Shown piece after piece: positions 1 through 8,510 of a stretch of DNA of 32,000 nt. The position numbers and the translations under genes were made by a program. Source of the stretch: Parasynechococcus marenigrum WH 8102 (GTDB lineage: Bacteria; Cyanobacteriota; Cyanobacteriia; PCC-6307; Cyanobiaceae); NCBI RefSeq assembly GCF_000195975.1, contig NC_005070.1, forward strand, positions 1,800,001-1,832,000. The letters are read 5' to 3'. The notes under the pieces are model-generated. The model saw nothing but the letters and a program-made list of their open reading frames with translations. It was not told the origin of the DNA and ran no database searches. Position 1 is the first letter of the stretch, and each line of letters begins with the position of its first letter.

Positions 1-119
1 AGCCCCGTAAAAAGTTGATGAATCTGCTGCCGGGTTCTCAGCTGATCGCTCTGCTGCAGCAGCGCCTCAGCCTCGAGCTCATGGGCAGTGGTCAGGTGCT
101 TTGGCTGTACCGGCCATGA
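1..119 (+). CDS. 3' end of an unidentified CDS entering from the left edge
   Basis: The frame is open from nt 3 to TGA at 117-119. The stop overlaps the ATG at 116 (ATGA). The C-terminal 38 aa are PRKKLMNLLPGSQLIALLQQRLSLELMGSGQVLWLYRP. No family recognised. Confidence 0.4.
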   Translation, partial: PRKKLMNLLPGSQLIALLQQRLSLELMGSGQVLWLYRP

Positions 120-499
120 GTGAAGCTCCGCTTCGCCTGGTGGGCCTGCGAGGCGCCACCACCTGTTCGGCCAACACCACGACGGACATCCGCCAGGCAG
201 TCCGTGAGTTGATCGATGTCCTGGTCAGCCGCAACGGGATCAGTCCTGAGCAGATTGTGTCGGTGACGTTCTCCGTCACAGCGGATCTCGATGCCTGTTT
301 TCCCGCTGCTGAAGCACGCCAGCGCACCGGCTGGGACAGCGTTGCTCTACTGGATTGCCAGCAAATGGCCGTTCAGGGCGACCTGTGCCGTTGCATCCGC
401 GTGCTGGCCTATGTGTGGCTGCCGCCTGAGCAGTCGCCCCAGCACCCCTATCTGGGTGAAGCCAGTCGACTTCGACCAGACAGATCTGGTCACAACTGA
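116..499 (+). CDS. aroH: Monofunctional chorismate mutase, AroH class
   Basis: About 127 aa. It has the N-terminal 'LRGATT' motif, then 'FSVTADLDACFPA' and 'CIRVL', matching the layout of Bacillus-type AroH. The track ORF starts at an in-frame TTG at 101. ATG 116 is preferred because of its ATGA overlap with the upstream stop. Confidence 0.85.
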   Translation: MSEAPLRLVGLRGATTCSANTTTDIRQAVRELIDVLVSRNGISPEQIVSVTFSVTADLDACFPAAEARQRTGWDSVALLDCQQMAVQGDLCRCIRVLAYVWLPPEQSPQHPYLGEASRLRPDRSGHN

Positions 500-574
500 C
501 AGCTCAGCGGCCGGCCCAGGGACCGCCCCTCCCGCCATGGGTCTCAGGAGAATCCCCCTAACAGAGTGATCGTG

Positions 575-1144
575 ATGAAACCGTCCATTTTTCGGCAGGC
601 CTTGTGCGTCAGCGCAGCCGCGGTTTTAACCACCGTCAGCCATTCCCTGACCACTCCCACCGCCCATGCGCAGGGGGGCACCCCCGGCCTGATGGAATTC
701 CGCTGGGACAGCGATCGGAACTACAGAAAGCTCTATTACTTCCAGACGTCGTCGATCGAGAACGATCGCTCCGAGTGGTACCTGCATCTCAGGGCCAAGG
801 ACCGCAAGACGTCGATCATGAAGTTGACCGTGACGGTGCCGGACTACTTCGATGCCAAGTTGCGTCCTGAGCGGATGACCCTCTGCCGCACGTCCTCCGG
901 CAGCATGACGAAACGCACCCGGTGCCTGGAGGAAGTCCCTGCCACGATCGAGGTCAACAAGACTCAGACCGCGATCGAGGTTTATCCGGACACCCCCGTC
1001 CCCGTGGAAGGCGACTACTCGCTGCGCATCAAGCTGTTCAACCCTCAGGGAAAGCGGATGTACCAGCTCAACGCTCTGATCCAGGCCCCTGGCGATGTGC
1101 CCATGTCCGGCTATGTCGGCAGCTGGCTCATCGATATGGACTGA
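575..1144 (+). CDS. Secreted hypothetical protein (cyanobacterial DUF2808-like, tentative)
   Basis: Sec-type signal peptide MKPSIFRQALCVSAAAVLTTVSHSLTTPTAHA|QGG. GC3-rich frame. The family assignment is from memory only. In-frame GTG alternatives exist at 566 and 572. Confidence 0.7.
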   Translation: MKPSIFRQALCVSAAAVLTTVSHSLTTPTAHAQGGTPGLMEFRWDSDRNYRKLYYFQTSSIENDRSEWYLHLRAKDRKTSIMKLTVTVPDYFDAKLRPERMTLCRTSSGSMTKRTRCLEEVPATIEVNKTQTAIEVYPDTPVPVEGDYSLRIKLFNPQGKRMYQLNALIQAPGDVPMSGYVGSWLIDMD

Positions 1145-1190
1145 CTGATAAATTCGTTAGTTCTGATCGGCCGGACGCCAAACAACTGTC

Positions 1191-1328
1191 ATGACGAAGC
1201 GCACTCTGGGTGGAACCAGCCGCAAGCGGAAGCGGGTCTCCGGTTTCCGGGTCCGCATGCGCTCCCACACCGGCCGTCGCGTGATCCGCACCCGTCGCAA
1301 GCGGGGCCGGTCCCGTCTGGCCGTCTGA
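1191..1328 (+). CDS. rpmH: 50S ribosomal protein L34
   Basis: 45-aa ORF below the track cutoff: [45 protein letters not shown]. This is the canonical L34 sequence, in the conserved position upstream of rnpA. Confidence 0.95.
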   Translation: MTKRTLGGTSRKRKRVSGFRVRMRSHTGRRVIRTRRKRGRSRLAV

Positions 1329-1367
1329 TCCTCTGATCGCTCTGCTCTTTCGACAACGCCAGGGTTG

Positions 1368-1754
1368 ATGGCACTCCCCGCCTCCATGCGACTTCGGGGG
1401 CACCGTTGCTTCAACAGGCTTCATCGCATCGGTCGCCGTCATCACGGCGACTGGATGGTGCTGCGCGTGATGCCAGAGGAGCCACGCTTGCTGCGACCGG
1501 AACTGCGCCGACATCCAACCCGCTGCTGCCGCTGCGCCCTGGTGATCAGCAGCAAGGTGAGCAAACGGGCAGTACGCCGGAACCGCCTGCGTCGCCTGTT
1601 GCATCAACACCTGCGTCAGCAGCTCGAACACCGCGGGGATCTCGCGGGTCGATGGGTGCTGATCAGCCTCCGCCCTGAAGCGTCCGAGGCGGAACCATCA
1701 CAGTTGCTCGAAGAATGCGACAGTCTTCTCAGTTCTGCAGGCCTGGGCCAATGA
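1368..1754 (+). CDS. rnpA: Ribonuclease P protein component
   Basis: MALPASMRLRGHRCFNRLHR... is a basic protein of about 128 aa with the 'SKKVSKRAVRRNRLRR'-type RNR motif. It follows rpmH. ATG at 1368, with an in-frame TTG at 1365. Confidence 0.9.
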   Translation: MALPASMRLRGHRCFNRLHRIGRRHHGDWMVLRVMPEEPRLLRPELRRHPTRCCRCALVISSKVSKRAVRRNRLRRLLHQHLRQQLEHRGDLAGRWVLISLRPEASEAEPSQLLEECDSLLSSAGLGQ

Positions 1755-2158
1755 CCAGCATCCAAGAGGACGTTCATTACGACGGTGGCCCGGCCAAGGG
1801 TGATCTGATCTTCAACCTCCTGCTGGGTGTCACCCTGATCGGATTGCCGTTCACGATCGGAGCCATTGTCCGGGCCGTCTGGCTGCGTTTCCGCATCACC
1901 AGCCGACGGATCTCTGTCACCGGCGGTTGGATGGGCAAGGAGAAGACCCAGGTCGTCTACTCCCAGATCAAAGAGGTTCGCAGCGTGTCTCGAGGCTTTG
2001 GCGCCTGGGGCGACATGGTGCTGGTGCTGAATGACGGCGCCCGCCTTGAAATGCGCTCTGTGCCGAGCTTCCGCGAGACAGAGGCTTACATCCTCGAACG
2101 CATGGCCGCCCGCTCATCCGCACCTGCCGACAAGCCGGTCGAAGGATTCGCCGCCTGA
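1751..2158 (+). CDS. Membrane protein with bacterial PH domain (bPH_2/YdbS-like)
   Basis: ATG 1751 overlaps the rnpA stop (ATGA). A hairpin of two TM helices ([27 protein letters not shown]) is followed by 'RITSRRISV...' PH-like strands. It sits in the conserved slot between rnpA and yidC. Confidence 0.8.
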   Translation: MTSIQEDVHYDGGPAKGDLIFNLLLGVTLIGLPFTIGAIVRAVWLRFRITSRRISVTGGWMGKEKTQVVYSQIKEVRSVSRGFGAWGDMVLVLNDGARLEMRSVPSFRETEAYILERMAARSSAPADKPVEGFAA

Positions 2159-2213
2159 ATCAGCTGTTCGTGCACACTGGCACCACAACGTCACCAACCA
2201 CGGGTTCTTCAAC

Positions 2214-3356
2214 GTGATCGGGTACATCTCCGACAACCTGCTGATCCCGATCCTGGATTTCTTCTACGGATTGGTTCCCAGTTACGGCCTGGCGATCGTG
2301 GCCCTCACGATCGTCATCCGCGTCGCCCTCTATCCCCTCAGCGCCGGATCGATCCGCAGCGCTCGGCGCATGCGCATTGCCCAGCCTGTAATCCAGAAGC
2401 GCCAGGCTGAAATCAAAAGCCGCTACGCCAACAACCTGCAGAAGCAGCAGGAGGAACTGGGCAAGGTGATGAAGGAGTTCGGTAGTCCTCTGGCGGGATG
2501 TCTGCCGTTGTTGGTTCAGATGCCGATCCTCTTTGCCCTGTTTGCCACCCTGCGGGGATCACCGTTTGCGGATGTTCCCTACACGATCAATCTGAAGGTT
2601 CTGCCTGCTGATCAAATCGCTGCTGTGGAGCCCAAGCCTTTCAACAGCGCCAGCCATTCCATCTTCATTGCTGAAACCGATCACGTTCCCGTGATCGCCA
2701 GCCTCCCCCGCGGCACAAAGCTCGGTGTTGGAGACAGCGCCACGGTCAACCTCCACACCAAAGACGGCAGGGGTTTCGATGACGTGCTCACCGCTGTGGA
2801 CAACCCTTCAAGATTTGCCCCCACCTGGTCGATCACCAAGGGGGATGACGTGGTGAATGTCAGCGATGACGGCACCATCACCGCCCTTACCGCCGGTGAC
2901 GCCACTGTGGAAGCCAAAATTCCTGGGTTAGCGGCCCGCAGCGGTTTCCTGTTCATCAAGGCCCTTGGTCAGGTTGGCTTCTACGCCGACGGAGACATCA
3001 ACTGGGATATCGCCATTCTTGTTGGTGGTTTCGGACTCACTCTGTTCCTATCCCAGCTGTTGTCGGGGATGGGCATGCCGGCCAACCCACAGCAGGCCAC
3101 TGCCAACAAGATCACCCCTGTGATGATCACGGGAATGTTCCTGTTCTTCCCTCTTCCCGCCGGCGTTCTGCTTTACATGGTGATCGCCAACATCTTCCAG
3201 GCGTTGCAGACCTTCCTGCTCACCCGTGAAGCGCTACCGGAGAACCTCCAGAAAATCCTTGACCAACAGATGACCCAGCAGACGGTGCCCGTCACAGCGA
3301 CGTCGGCTGGCGGTGGCGATGCCCGCCTTCCCTTTGAACCCAAAGGCGGCAAATGA
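2214..3356 (+). CDS. yidC: Membrane protein insertase YidC/Alb3 family
   Basis: '[20 protein letters not shown]', '[15 protein letters not shown]' and '[19 protein letters not shown]' are the conserved YidC core TM segments. GTG 2214 ([10 protein letters not shown]) is chosen as start. The track extension back to 2031 overlaps the PH-domain gene and reads as junk. Confidence 0.9.
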
Positions 3357-3871
3357 TTGAAGGCCTGGAGCCTGTTCCCCTTCAGGAACTCCGGGTGCTA
3401 GGTGCTCCCAGCTACTGGACCGTCGAAGGTCATCTGGATCAACTGACGTCGTTGACCCCAGTGCGCGGCCAACTCAAGGCTGAACATCGCGGCAACGTTC
3501 TGATCGTGGACGGAGAGCTGTCCACGATTGTGAACCTGTGCTGTGACCACTGTCTCGGCCAGTACAACCATCAGCTCCGTTGCAGCAGCTCGGAATTGAT
3601 CTGGCTGGGTCAGTCACCACCGACGGAGGAAGAACTTCAAAACTCCGAGGACATCGCCGCGATGGAGGGACTGGCCGAATGCCTCGACCCCAGGGGCGAT
3701 TTCGATCCCCAGCAATGGGTGTTCGAACAGCTGAACCTGCAGCTGCCGGTGGTGAATCACTGCGGCGAACACTGTCCAGGCCCGCCGATCCGCCCTGAAG
3801 CGGCTGTTCAAGCATCAGCTGAGCCGCTCGATCCCCGCTGGGCTGCGCTGCGGGGCCTGCAACAGCCATGA
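3353..3871 (+). CDS. YceD/DUF177 family protein
   Basis: ATGA overlap with the yidC stop. Acidic protein with two Cys pairs, 'CDHCLGQY' and 'NHCGEHCPG', which are characteristic of DUF177. Confidence 0.8.
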
Positions 3872-5361
3872 CCGCTGGCAGCAGCTGGTGTGATCAATTG
3901 GATCTGTTGATCCGAGCGCGGACAGCTCTGATCTGGATCCGCAGCAACGAGGAAGCGCGGGTGGAAGCGCTGTTGACGCAGACAGCAACCCGTTTGCAGC
4001 ATCAACTGGGCTGCTGGGATTTCATCGACGGCCTTCAAGGCGTTCTGAACGTTGAGGGTTTGGGGAGTCGTCAGCCGATGGCTGTTCTGCAATGGCTGAG
4101 AGACCTGGACAGCAGCAGACCGACCCTTTTGCTGGTCAAGGACTTCCATCGCTTCTGCGATGACCCCGGCATCGCCCGGATGCTGCGCAACCTCCAGCAA
4201 GCACTGCGCAGCACAGCCCATACGTTGGTGCTCTGCAGCGGCAGCTGGTCGCCGCCAACGGATCTGGACGAGACCCTCACCCTTCTCGATCTGCCACTAC
4301 CGGACACCGATGAGCTCCGCGGCCTGCTGAACACCATCAGCCTCAGCAGTGGCACCCCATTGGAGCCCACAGTTCTCGAGGAGCTCACCCAAGCCTGCAG
4401 CGGCCTTAGTGAACAGCGGGTCCGCCAGGTCGCGGCCCGAGCCCTGGCTCGTCGCGGCCAGCTTGGTCCTGCAGACCTGGAGGAGGTTCTCGAGGAGAAA
4501 CGTCAGAGCATTGCCCGCAGTGAGGTGCTGGAGTTCTGCGTCACGGACTCCGGCACCGAGGCGATTGGTGGCCTGGAGGCTCTCAAGGACTGGTTGCAGC
4601 AGCGTCATCGTGCTTTTTCCAACGAGGCACGTCGCTTCGGACTGCCGATGCCACGGGGCGTGCTGCTGGTGGGGCCCCAGGGAACCGGCAAATCCCTTAC
4701 GGCGAAAGCCATCGCCCGCAGCTGGTCGATGCCCCTGCTTCGCCTTGATGTGGGGCGTCTGTTTGCCGGACTCGTCGGTGCCAGTGAGGCCCGCACCCGC
4801 GAAACGATCCAGCGGGCGGAAGCTATGGCGCCATGTGTGCTCTGGATTGATGAGATCGACAAGGGCTTCGGCGGTGATGGCCGCAGTGACGGGGGTACGA
4901 GTCAGCGGGTGCTGGCCAGCGTGCTCACCTGGATGGCCGAAAAGCAGTCTCCGGTGTTCGTTGTCGCCACGGCCAACGGTGTCGACCAGCTGCCACCCGA
5001 ACTGCTGCGGAAGGGGCGCTTCGACGAGATTTTCCTGCTGGACCTCCCCTCGATGGAGGAGCGACGCAGCATTCTCAACCTGCATCTCAATCGACGCCGC
5101 CCAGGTCTGCAGCTGCCGCTGGATACGGTGATCAGCCGGTGTGAAGGGTTCTCCGGCGCCGAGCTGGAGCAGACCGTGATCGAAGCAATGCATCTGGCGT
5201 TCGCAGAAGGCCGTGAGCTGAAGGAAACCGACCTGATCCGCGCTGCCTCACAACTGATCCCCCTGTCCAGAACGGCGCGAGAACAACTGGAGGCCCTCCA
5301 GGCTTGGGCCTCCAGCGGCCGCGCCCGCCCTGCCTCCATTGCGGGACGTAAAGAAGCCTGA
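3868..5361 (+). CDS. AAA+ ATPase (Ycf46-like)
   Basis: ATGA overlap with the yceD stop. Walker A is 'GPQGTGKSLTAKAIA' and Walker B is 'VLWIDEIDK', followed by 'VVATAN' and second-region-of-homology-like 'RKGRFDEIF'. The size of about 500 aa with a C-terminal AAA module fits cyanobacterial Ycf46. Confidence 0.9.
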   Translation: MTAGSSWCDQLDLLIRARTALIWIRSNEEARVEALLTQTATRLQHQLGCWDFIDGLQGVLNVEGLGSRQPMAVLQWLRDLDSSRPTLLLVKDFHRFCDDPGIARMLRNLQQALRSTAHTLVLCSGSWSPPTDLDETLTLLDLPLPDTDELRGLLNTISLSSGTPLEPTVLEELTQACSGLSEQRVRQVAARALARRGQLGPADLEEVLEEKRQSIARSEVLEFCVTDSGTEAIGGLEALKDWLQQRHRAFSNEARRFGLPMPRGVLLVGPQGTGKSLTAKAIARSWSMPLLRLDVGRLFAGLVGASEARTRETIQRAEAMAPCVLWIDEIDKGFGGDGRSDGGTSQRVLASVLTWMAEKQSPVFVVATANGVDQLPPELLRKGRFDEIFLLDLPSMEERRSILNLHLNRRRPGLQLPLDTVISRCEGFSGAELEQTVIEAMHLAFAEGRELKETDLIRAASQLIPLSRTAREQLEALQAWASSGRARPASIAGRKEA

Positions 5362-5439
5362 CCCCACGTAACGAAGCCGGCTTCAGGTGAAGACACGGTT
5401 AATAGCGATCCCTACGGTCCGATCAATCGATTGCAACAC

Positions 5440-5601
5440 GTGGAACGCCCGAACGACATCACGACCCAGCTCGCTGTGGCCTGCCTCGGCGCTGGCGTGA
5501 TCACCACCGTGGCCGTGGCCCAGGGACAGAATCCGATCACGGCTCTCGGCATCACCGTGTTCTCAGCCGTGGCTGCTGTGATGCTCGGACAGGTTCTCTG
5601 A
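5440..5601 (+). CDS. Possible small membrane protein (about 53 aa)
   Basis: Not in the track because it is under 60 aa. Sequence from GTG 5440 (or TTG 5431): ERPNDITTQLAVACLGAGVITTVAVAQGQNPITALGITVFSAVAAVMLGQVL. It has two hydrophobic stretches and very high GC3 by hand count (about 75%). No family recognised. Confidence 0.4.
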   Translation: MERPNDITTQLAVACLGAGVITTVAVAQGQNPITALGITVFSAVAAVMLGQVL

Positions 5602-5642
5602 TCGGCTTGCCATAGGCTGCCGGCGCCTCCTCTGCAGGATCC

Positions 5643-6920
5643 GTGCTCGACCAGCGCCTGGTGCGTGAGAATCCCGATGCCATTGCCACCGAACTGGGGC
5701 GTCGGGGCAAAGCCGTTGATCTCACCCGGCTTCAGGTGATCGCACAGCAGCAGCGCAAGCTGGAGGAAGAGCGCAGTGGACTCCAGGCCGAAGGCAACCG
5801 CATCGGCAAGGAGGTTGGCCAGAAGATCAAAGGGGGTGCCGACCCCAAAGGTGAAGAGGTCGCTGAACTCAGGCAGCAGGGCAATGCCATCAAGCAGAAG
5901 GTGGCTGTGTTGGAAGAAGAGGAGAAGCACCTCTTCACGCAGCTGAAGGAACAACTCCTCACCTATCCCAACCTGCCTTCACCGGACTGTCCTGAGGGAA
6001 AGGACGAAACCGACAACGTTGAGCTGCGCCGCTGGGGCAGCCCAAGACAGGAGGAAGGGCTGGAGGAGCACTGGCAGATCGCCGAACGACTCCACCTATT
6101 TGACACCGAGCGATCCGTCCGCATCGCCCAGAGCCGTTTTGTCACCTTGATGGGACAGGGCGCCCGATTGGAACGGGCACTGATCAATTTCATGCTGGAC
6201 CTGCACACCAGCAAGGGCTACCGGGAAGTGATGCCTCCGGTGCTGGTGAACAGCGCCAGCCTCACGGGATCGGGGCAGCTGCCCAAATTCGCCGATGACT
6301 GTTTCCGTTGCTCGGAGGACGACCTCTGGCTGACCCCCACCGCCGAGGTGCCGGTGACCTCACTGCATCGCGACGAGATCATCCCCGCCGATCAGCTGCC
6401 GCTCCGCTATGCGGCCTACAGCCCCTGTTTCCGCCGGGAAGCCGGCAGTTACGGACGGGATACCCGAGGCCTGATCCGTCTGCACCAGTTCAACAAGGTG
6501 GAGCTCTACTGGTTCGCCCACCCGGACCACTCCGCAGAAGCCCACGCTCAGATCACCGCCGATGCCGAAGCCGTTCTTCAGGCACTGGAACTTCCCTACA
6601 GGGTTCTTGATCTCTGCACGGCAGATATCGGCTTCTCAGCGCAACGCACCTACGACCTCGAGGTCTGGTTGCCGGGCGCAGAGGCTTACCGGGAGATCTC
6701 CAGCTGCAGTGTCTGCGGAGATTTCCAGGCCCGGCGTTCTGCCATTCGCACCAAGGAAGGTAAATCCACCAAACTCGTGCACACTCTCAACGGCAGTGGT
6801 CTAGCTGTCGGCCGCACGATGGCGGCTGTGCTGGAAACCGGCCAGCAATCCGATGGCAGCGTTCTGCTGCCGAAAGCTCTGGTGCCCTACGTCGGCGATG
6901 AACGACTCCAGCCAGAATGA
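5643..6920 (+). CDS. serS: Seryl-tRNA synthetase
   Basis: N-terminal coiled-coil arm followed by a class II core, with 'FRREAGS', 'GLIRLHQFNKVE' and 'TLNGSGLAVGRT' motifs. GTG start. Confidence 0.95.
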   Translation: MLDQRLVRENPDAIATELGRRGKAVDLTRLQVIAQQQRKLEEERSGLQAEGNRIGKEVGQKIKGGADPKGEEVAELRQQGNAIKQKVAVLEEEEKHLFTQLKEQLLTYPNLPSPDCPEGKDETDNVELRRWGSPRQEEGLEEHWQIAERLHLFDTERSVRIAQSRFVTLMGQGARLERALINFMLDLHTSKGYREVMPPVLVNSASLTGSGQLPKFADDCFRCSEDDLWLTPTAEVPVTSLHRDEIIPADQLPLRYAAYSPCFRREAGSYGRDTRGLIRLHQFNKVELYWFAHPDHSAEAHAQITADAEAVLQALELPYRVLDLCTADIGFSAQRTYDLEVWLPGAEAYREISSCSVCGDFQARRSAIRTKEGKSTKLVHTLNGSGLAVGRTMAAVLETGQQSDGSVLLPKALVPYVGDERLQPE

Positions 6921-6944
6921 CCTGAATGCGCGATTGAGAACGGC

Positions 6945-8030
6945 ATGAATGTGTTTGCGGCTCTGGCCGTTCTGGCGCTGCTGATCGTGGTTCACGAGGC
7001 TGGTCATTTCCTTGCCGCCACCCTGCAGGGGATCCGGGTCAGCGGCTTTTCGATCGGTTTCGGCCCGGCACTGATCAAACGCCAGCGGCGCGGTGTCACC
7101 TACGCGATTCGGGCCCTGCCCCTGGGGGGATTCGTCGCCTTTCCGGATGATGATGAGGACAGCACGATCCCGGCCGATGACCCGGACCTGCTGCGCAACC
7201 GCCCCATCCCGCAGCGAGCCCTCGTGATTGCCGCGGGAGTACTGGCCAACCTGCTGCTGGCTCTCGTGGTCATGTTTGGACAGGCTGCCCTGGTGGGGTT
7301 GCCTGCGGAACCTGATCCGGGGGTGCTGGTGGTGGCGGTTCAACCGGGAGGAGCCGCTGATCGGGCTGGGCTGACCCCGGGTGATCGTGTCCTCAGATTG
7401 GAGGGAGACCTTCTTTCGGCAGGCCAGGAGGGCGTCAGATCCATGGTGGAGACGATCAAAAGCTCCCCCGATCAGACGCTCAAGCTCCAGCGCGAGCGGG
7501 ATCAGCGTTTGGAGGTGATCAACATGACGCCGCTCAACCAACAAGGGCAGGGACGCATCGGCGCCCAGCTTCAAATGAACCTGAGCGGGGAAGCCAGAAC
7601 AGCAGCCAACCCAGGAGAGTTGATCAGCTACACCCTCGGGGAATTTCAGAACCTGCTGCAGCAGACGGTGGCGGGTTACGGCGGCCTGATCACCAACTTC
7701 CGGGCCACCGCGAGTCAGGTGAGTGGTCCGGTGAAGATTGTGGAAATGGGGGCCCAGCTCAGTGAGCAGGGAGGTTCAGGCCTAGTGCTGTTCATGGCGC
7801 TGATCTCGATCAATCTGGCGGTGCTCAATGCCCTGCCTCTGCCGCTGCTGGACGGCGGACAGATGCTGCTCCTGGTGATTGAGGCCATCCGGGGTCGCCC
7901 GGTGCCCGAGCGTCTGCAGCTGGCGGTGGCTCAATCGGGTTTCCTGTTGATCGTTGGATTGACCTTGGTTCTGATCGTGCGGGACACCAGCCAGTTGTCC
8001 GTGGTTCAGCAGCTGATAGGGGGGCGCTGA
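6945..8030 (+). CDS. rseP: RIP (site-2) zinc metalloprotease RseP family
   Basis: 'HEAGHF' HExxH motif in TM1, a central PDZ-like segment (PGGAADRAGLTPGDRVL), and a C-terminal 'NLAVLNALPLPLLDGG' motif. Confidence 0.9.
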   Translation: MNVFAALAVLALLIVVHEAGHFLAATLQGIRVSGFSIGFGPALIKRQRRGVTYAIRALPLGGFVAFPDDDEDSTIPADDPDLLRNRPIPQRALVIAAGVLANLLLALVVMFGQAALVGLPAEPDPGVLVVAVQPGGAADRAGLTPGDRVLRLEGDLLSAGQEGVRSMVETIKSSPDQTLKLQRERDQRLEVINMTPLNQQGQGRIGAQLQMNLSGEARTAANPGELISYTLGEFQNLLQQTVAGYGGLITNFRATASQVSGPVKIVEMGAQLSEQGGSGLVLFMALISINLAVLNALPLPLLDGGQMLLLVIEAIRGRPVPERLQLAVAQSGFLLIVGLTLVLIVRDTSQLSVVQQLIGGR

Positions 8031-8089
8031 TGACAAAGAGACCCTCCGTGTAAACTCCTTGGTTCGTCCTACCGCCGCTCCAGAGCTGC

Positions 8090-8392
8090 ATGGCTAAGAA
8101 GTCGATGATCGCCCGCGACGTCAAGCGCAAGAAGATGGCCGAGCGATATGCGGCCAAGCGTGCAGCGCTGATGGCGGCGTTCAATGCAGCGGACGATCCC
8201 ATGGATCGTCTGGAGATTCATCGCAAGATTCAGGCGCTGCCCCGCAACAGCGCCCCTAGCCGCATCCGCAATCGTTGCTGGGCAACCGGCAAACCCCGTG
8301 GCTACTACCGCGACTTCGGCCTCTGCCGTAACCAGCTGCGCGAGAGGGCCCACAAAGGCGAACTTCCTGGCGTTGTGAAGTCCAGCTGGTGA
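8090..8392 (+). CDS. rpsN: 30S ribosomal protein S14 (long form)
   Basis: [16 protein letters not shown]...[41 protein letters not shown] is the canonical S14 sequence. Confidence 0.95.
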   Translation: MAKKSMIARDVKRKKMAERYAAKRAALMAAFNAADDPMDRLEIHRKIQALPRNSAPSRIRNRCWATGKPRGYYRDFGLCRNQLRERAHKGELPGVVKSSW

Positions 8393-8430
8393 GATCCGCT
8401 GTTGACCCAACAGCATGAGTCGTTATCCAA

Positions 8431-8453
8431 GGGGAGCTTCGGCTCCCTTTTTT
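8431..8453 (+). terminator. Rho-independent terminator after rpsN
   Basis: GGGAGC-TTCG-GCTCCC stem-loop followed by TTTTTT, about 40 nt after the rpsN stop. Confidence 0.6.
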
Positions 8454-8510
8454 CATGCGCGGATGCGGTGAAATGTCAAACTGTTGGTTGACAAGTGGAC
8501 ATAAACCGTC

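Noticed and set aside
2031-2213. N-terminal extension of yidC in the track. The same issue applies to the cysQ-like gene (11595-11696), the AstE-family gene (28028-28240) and proW (22245-22409).
   Set aside because: The extensions overlap neighbouring well-supported genes and translate to non-protein-like Pro/Arg/Ser/Trp-rich strings. Internal starts give N-termini matching the family norm and, in two cases, ATGA coupling.
8474-8493. TTGACA hexamer (8488-8493) as a -35 box for pnp
   Set aside because: No -10-like hexamer lies at 16-18 bp spacing, where the GTG start codon sits instead. The hexamer is the 3' arm of an inverted repeat, TGTCAA-N8-TTGACA, so it is more likely part of a leader hairpin. 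The evidence is too weak to call either way.
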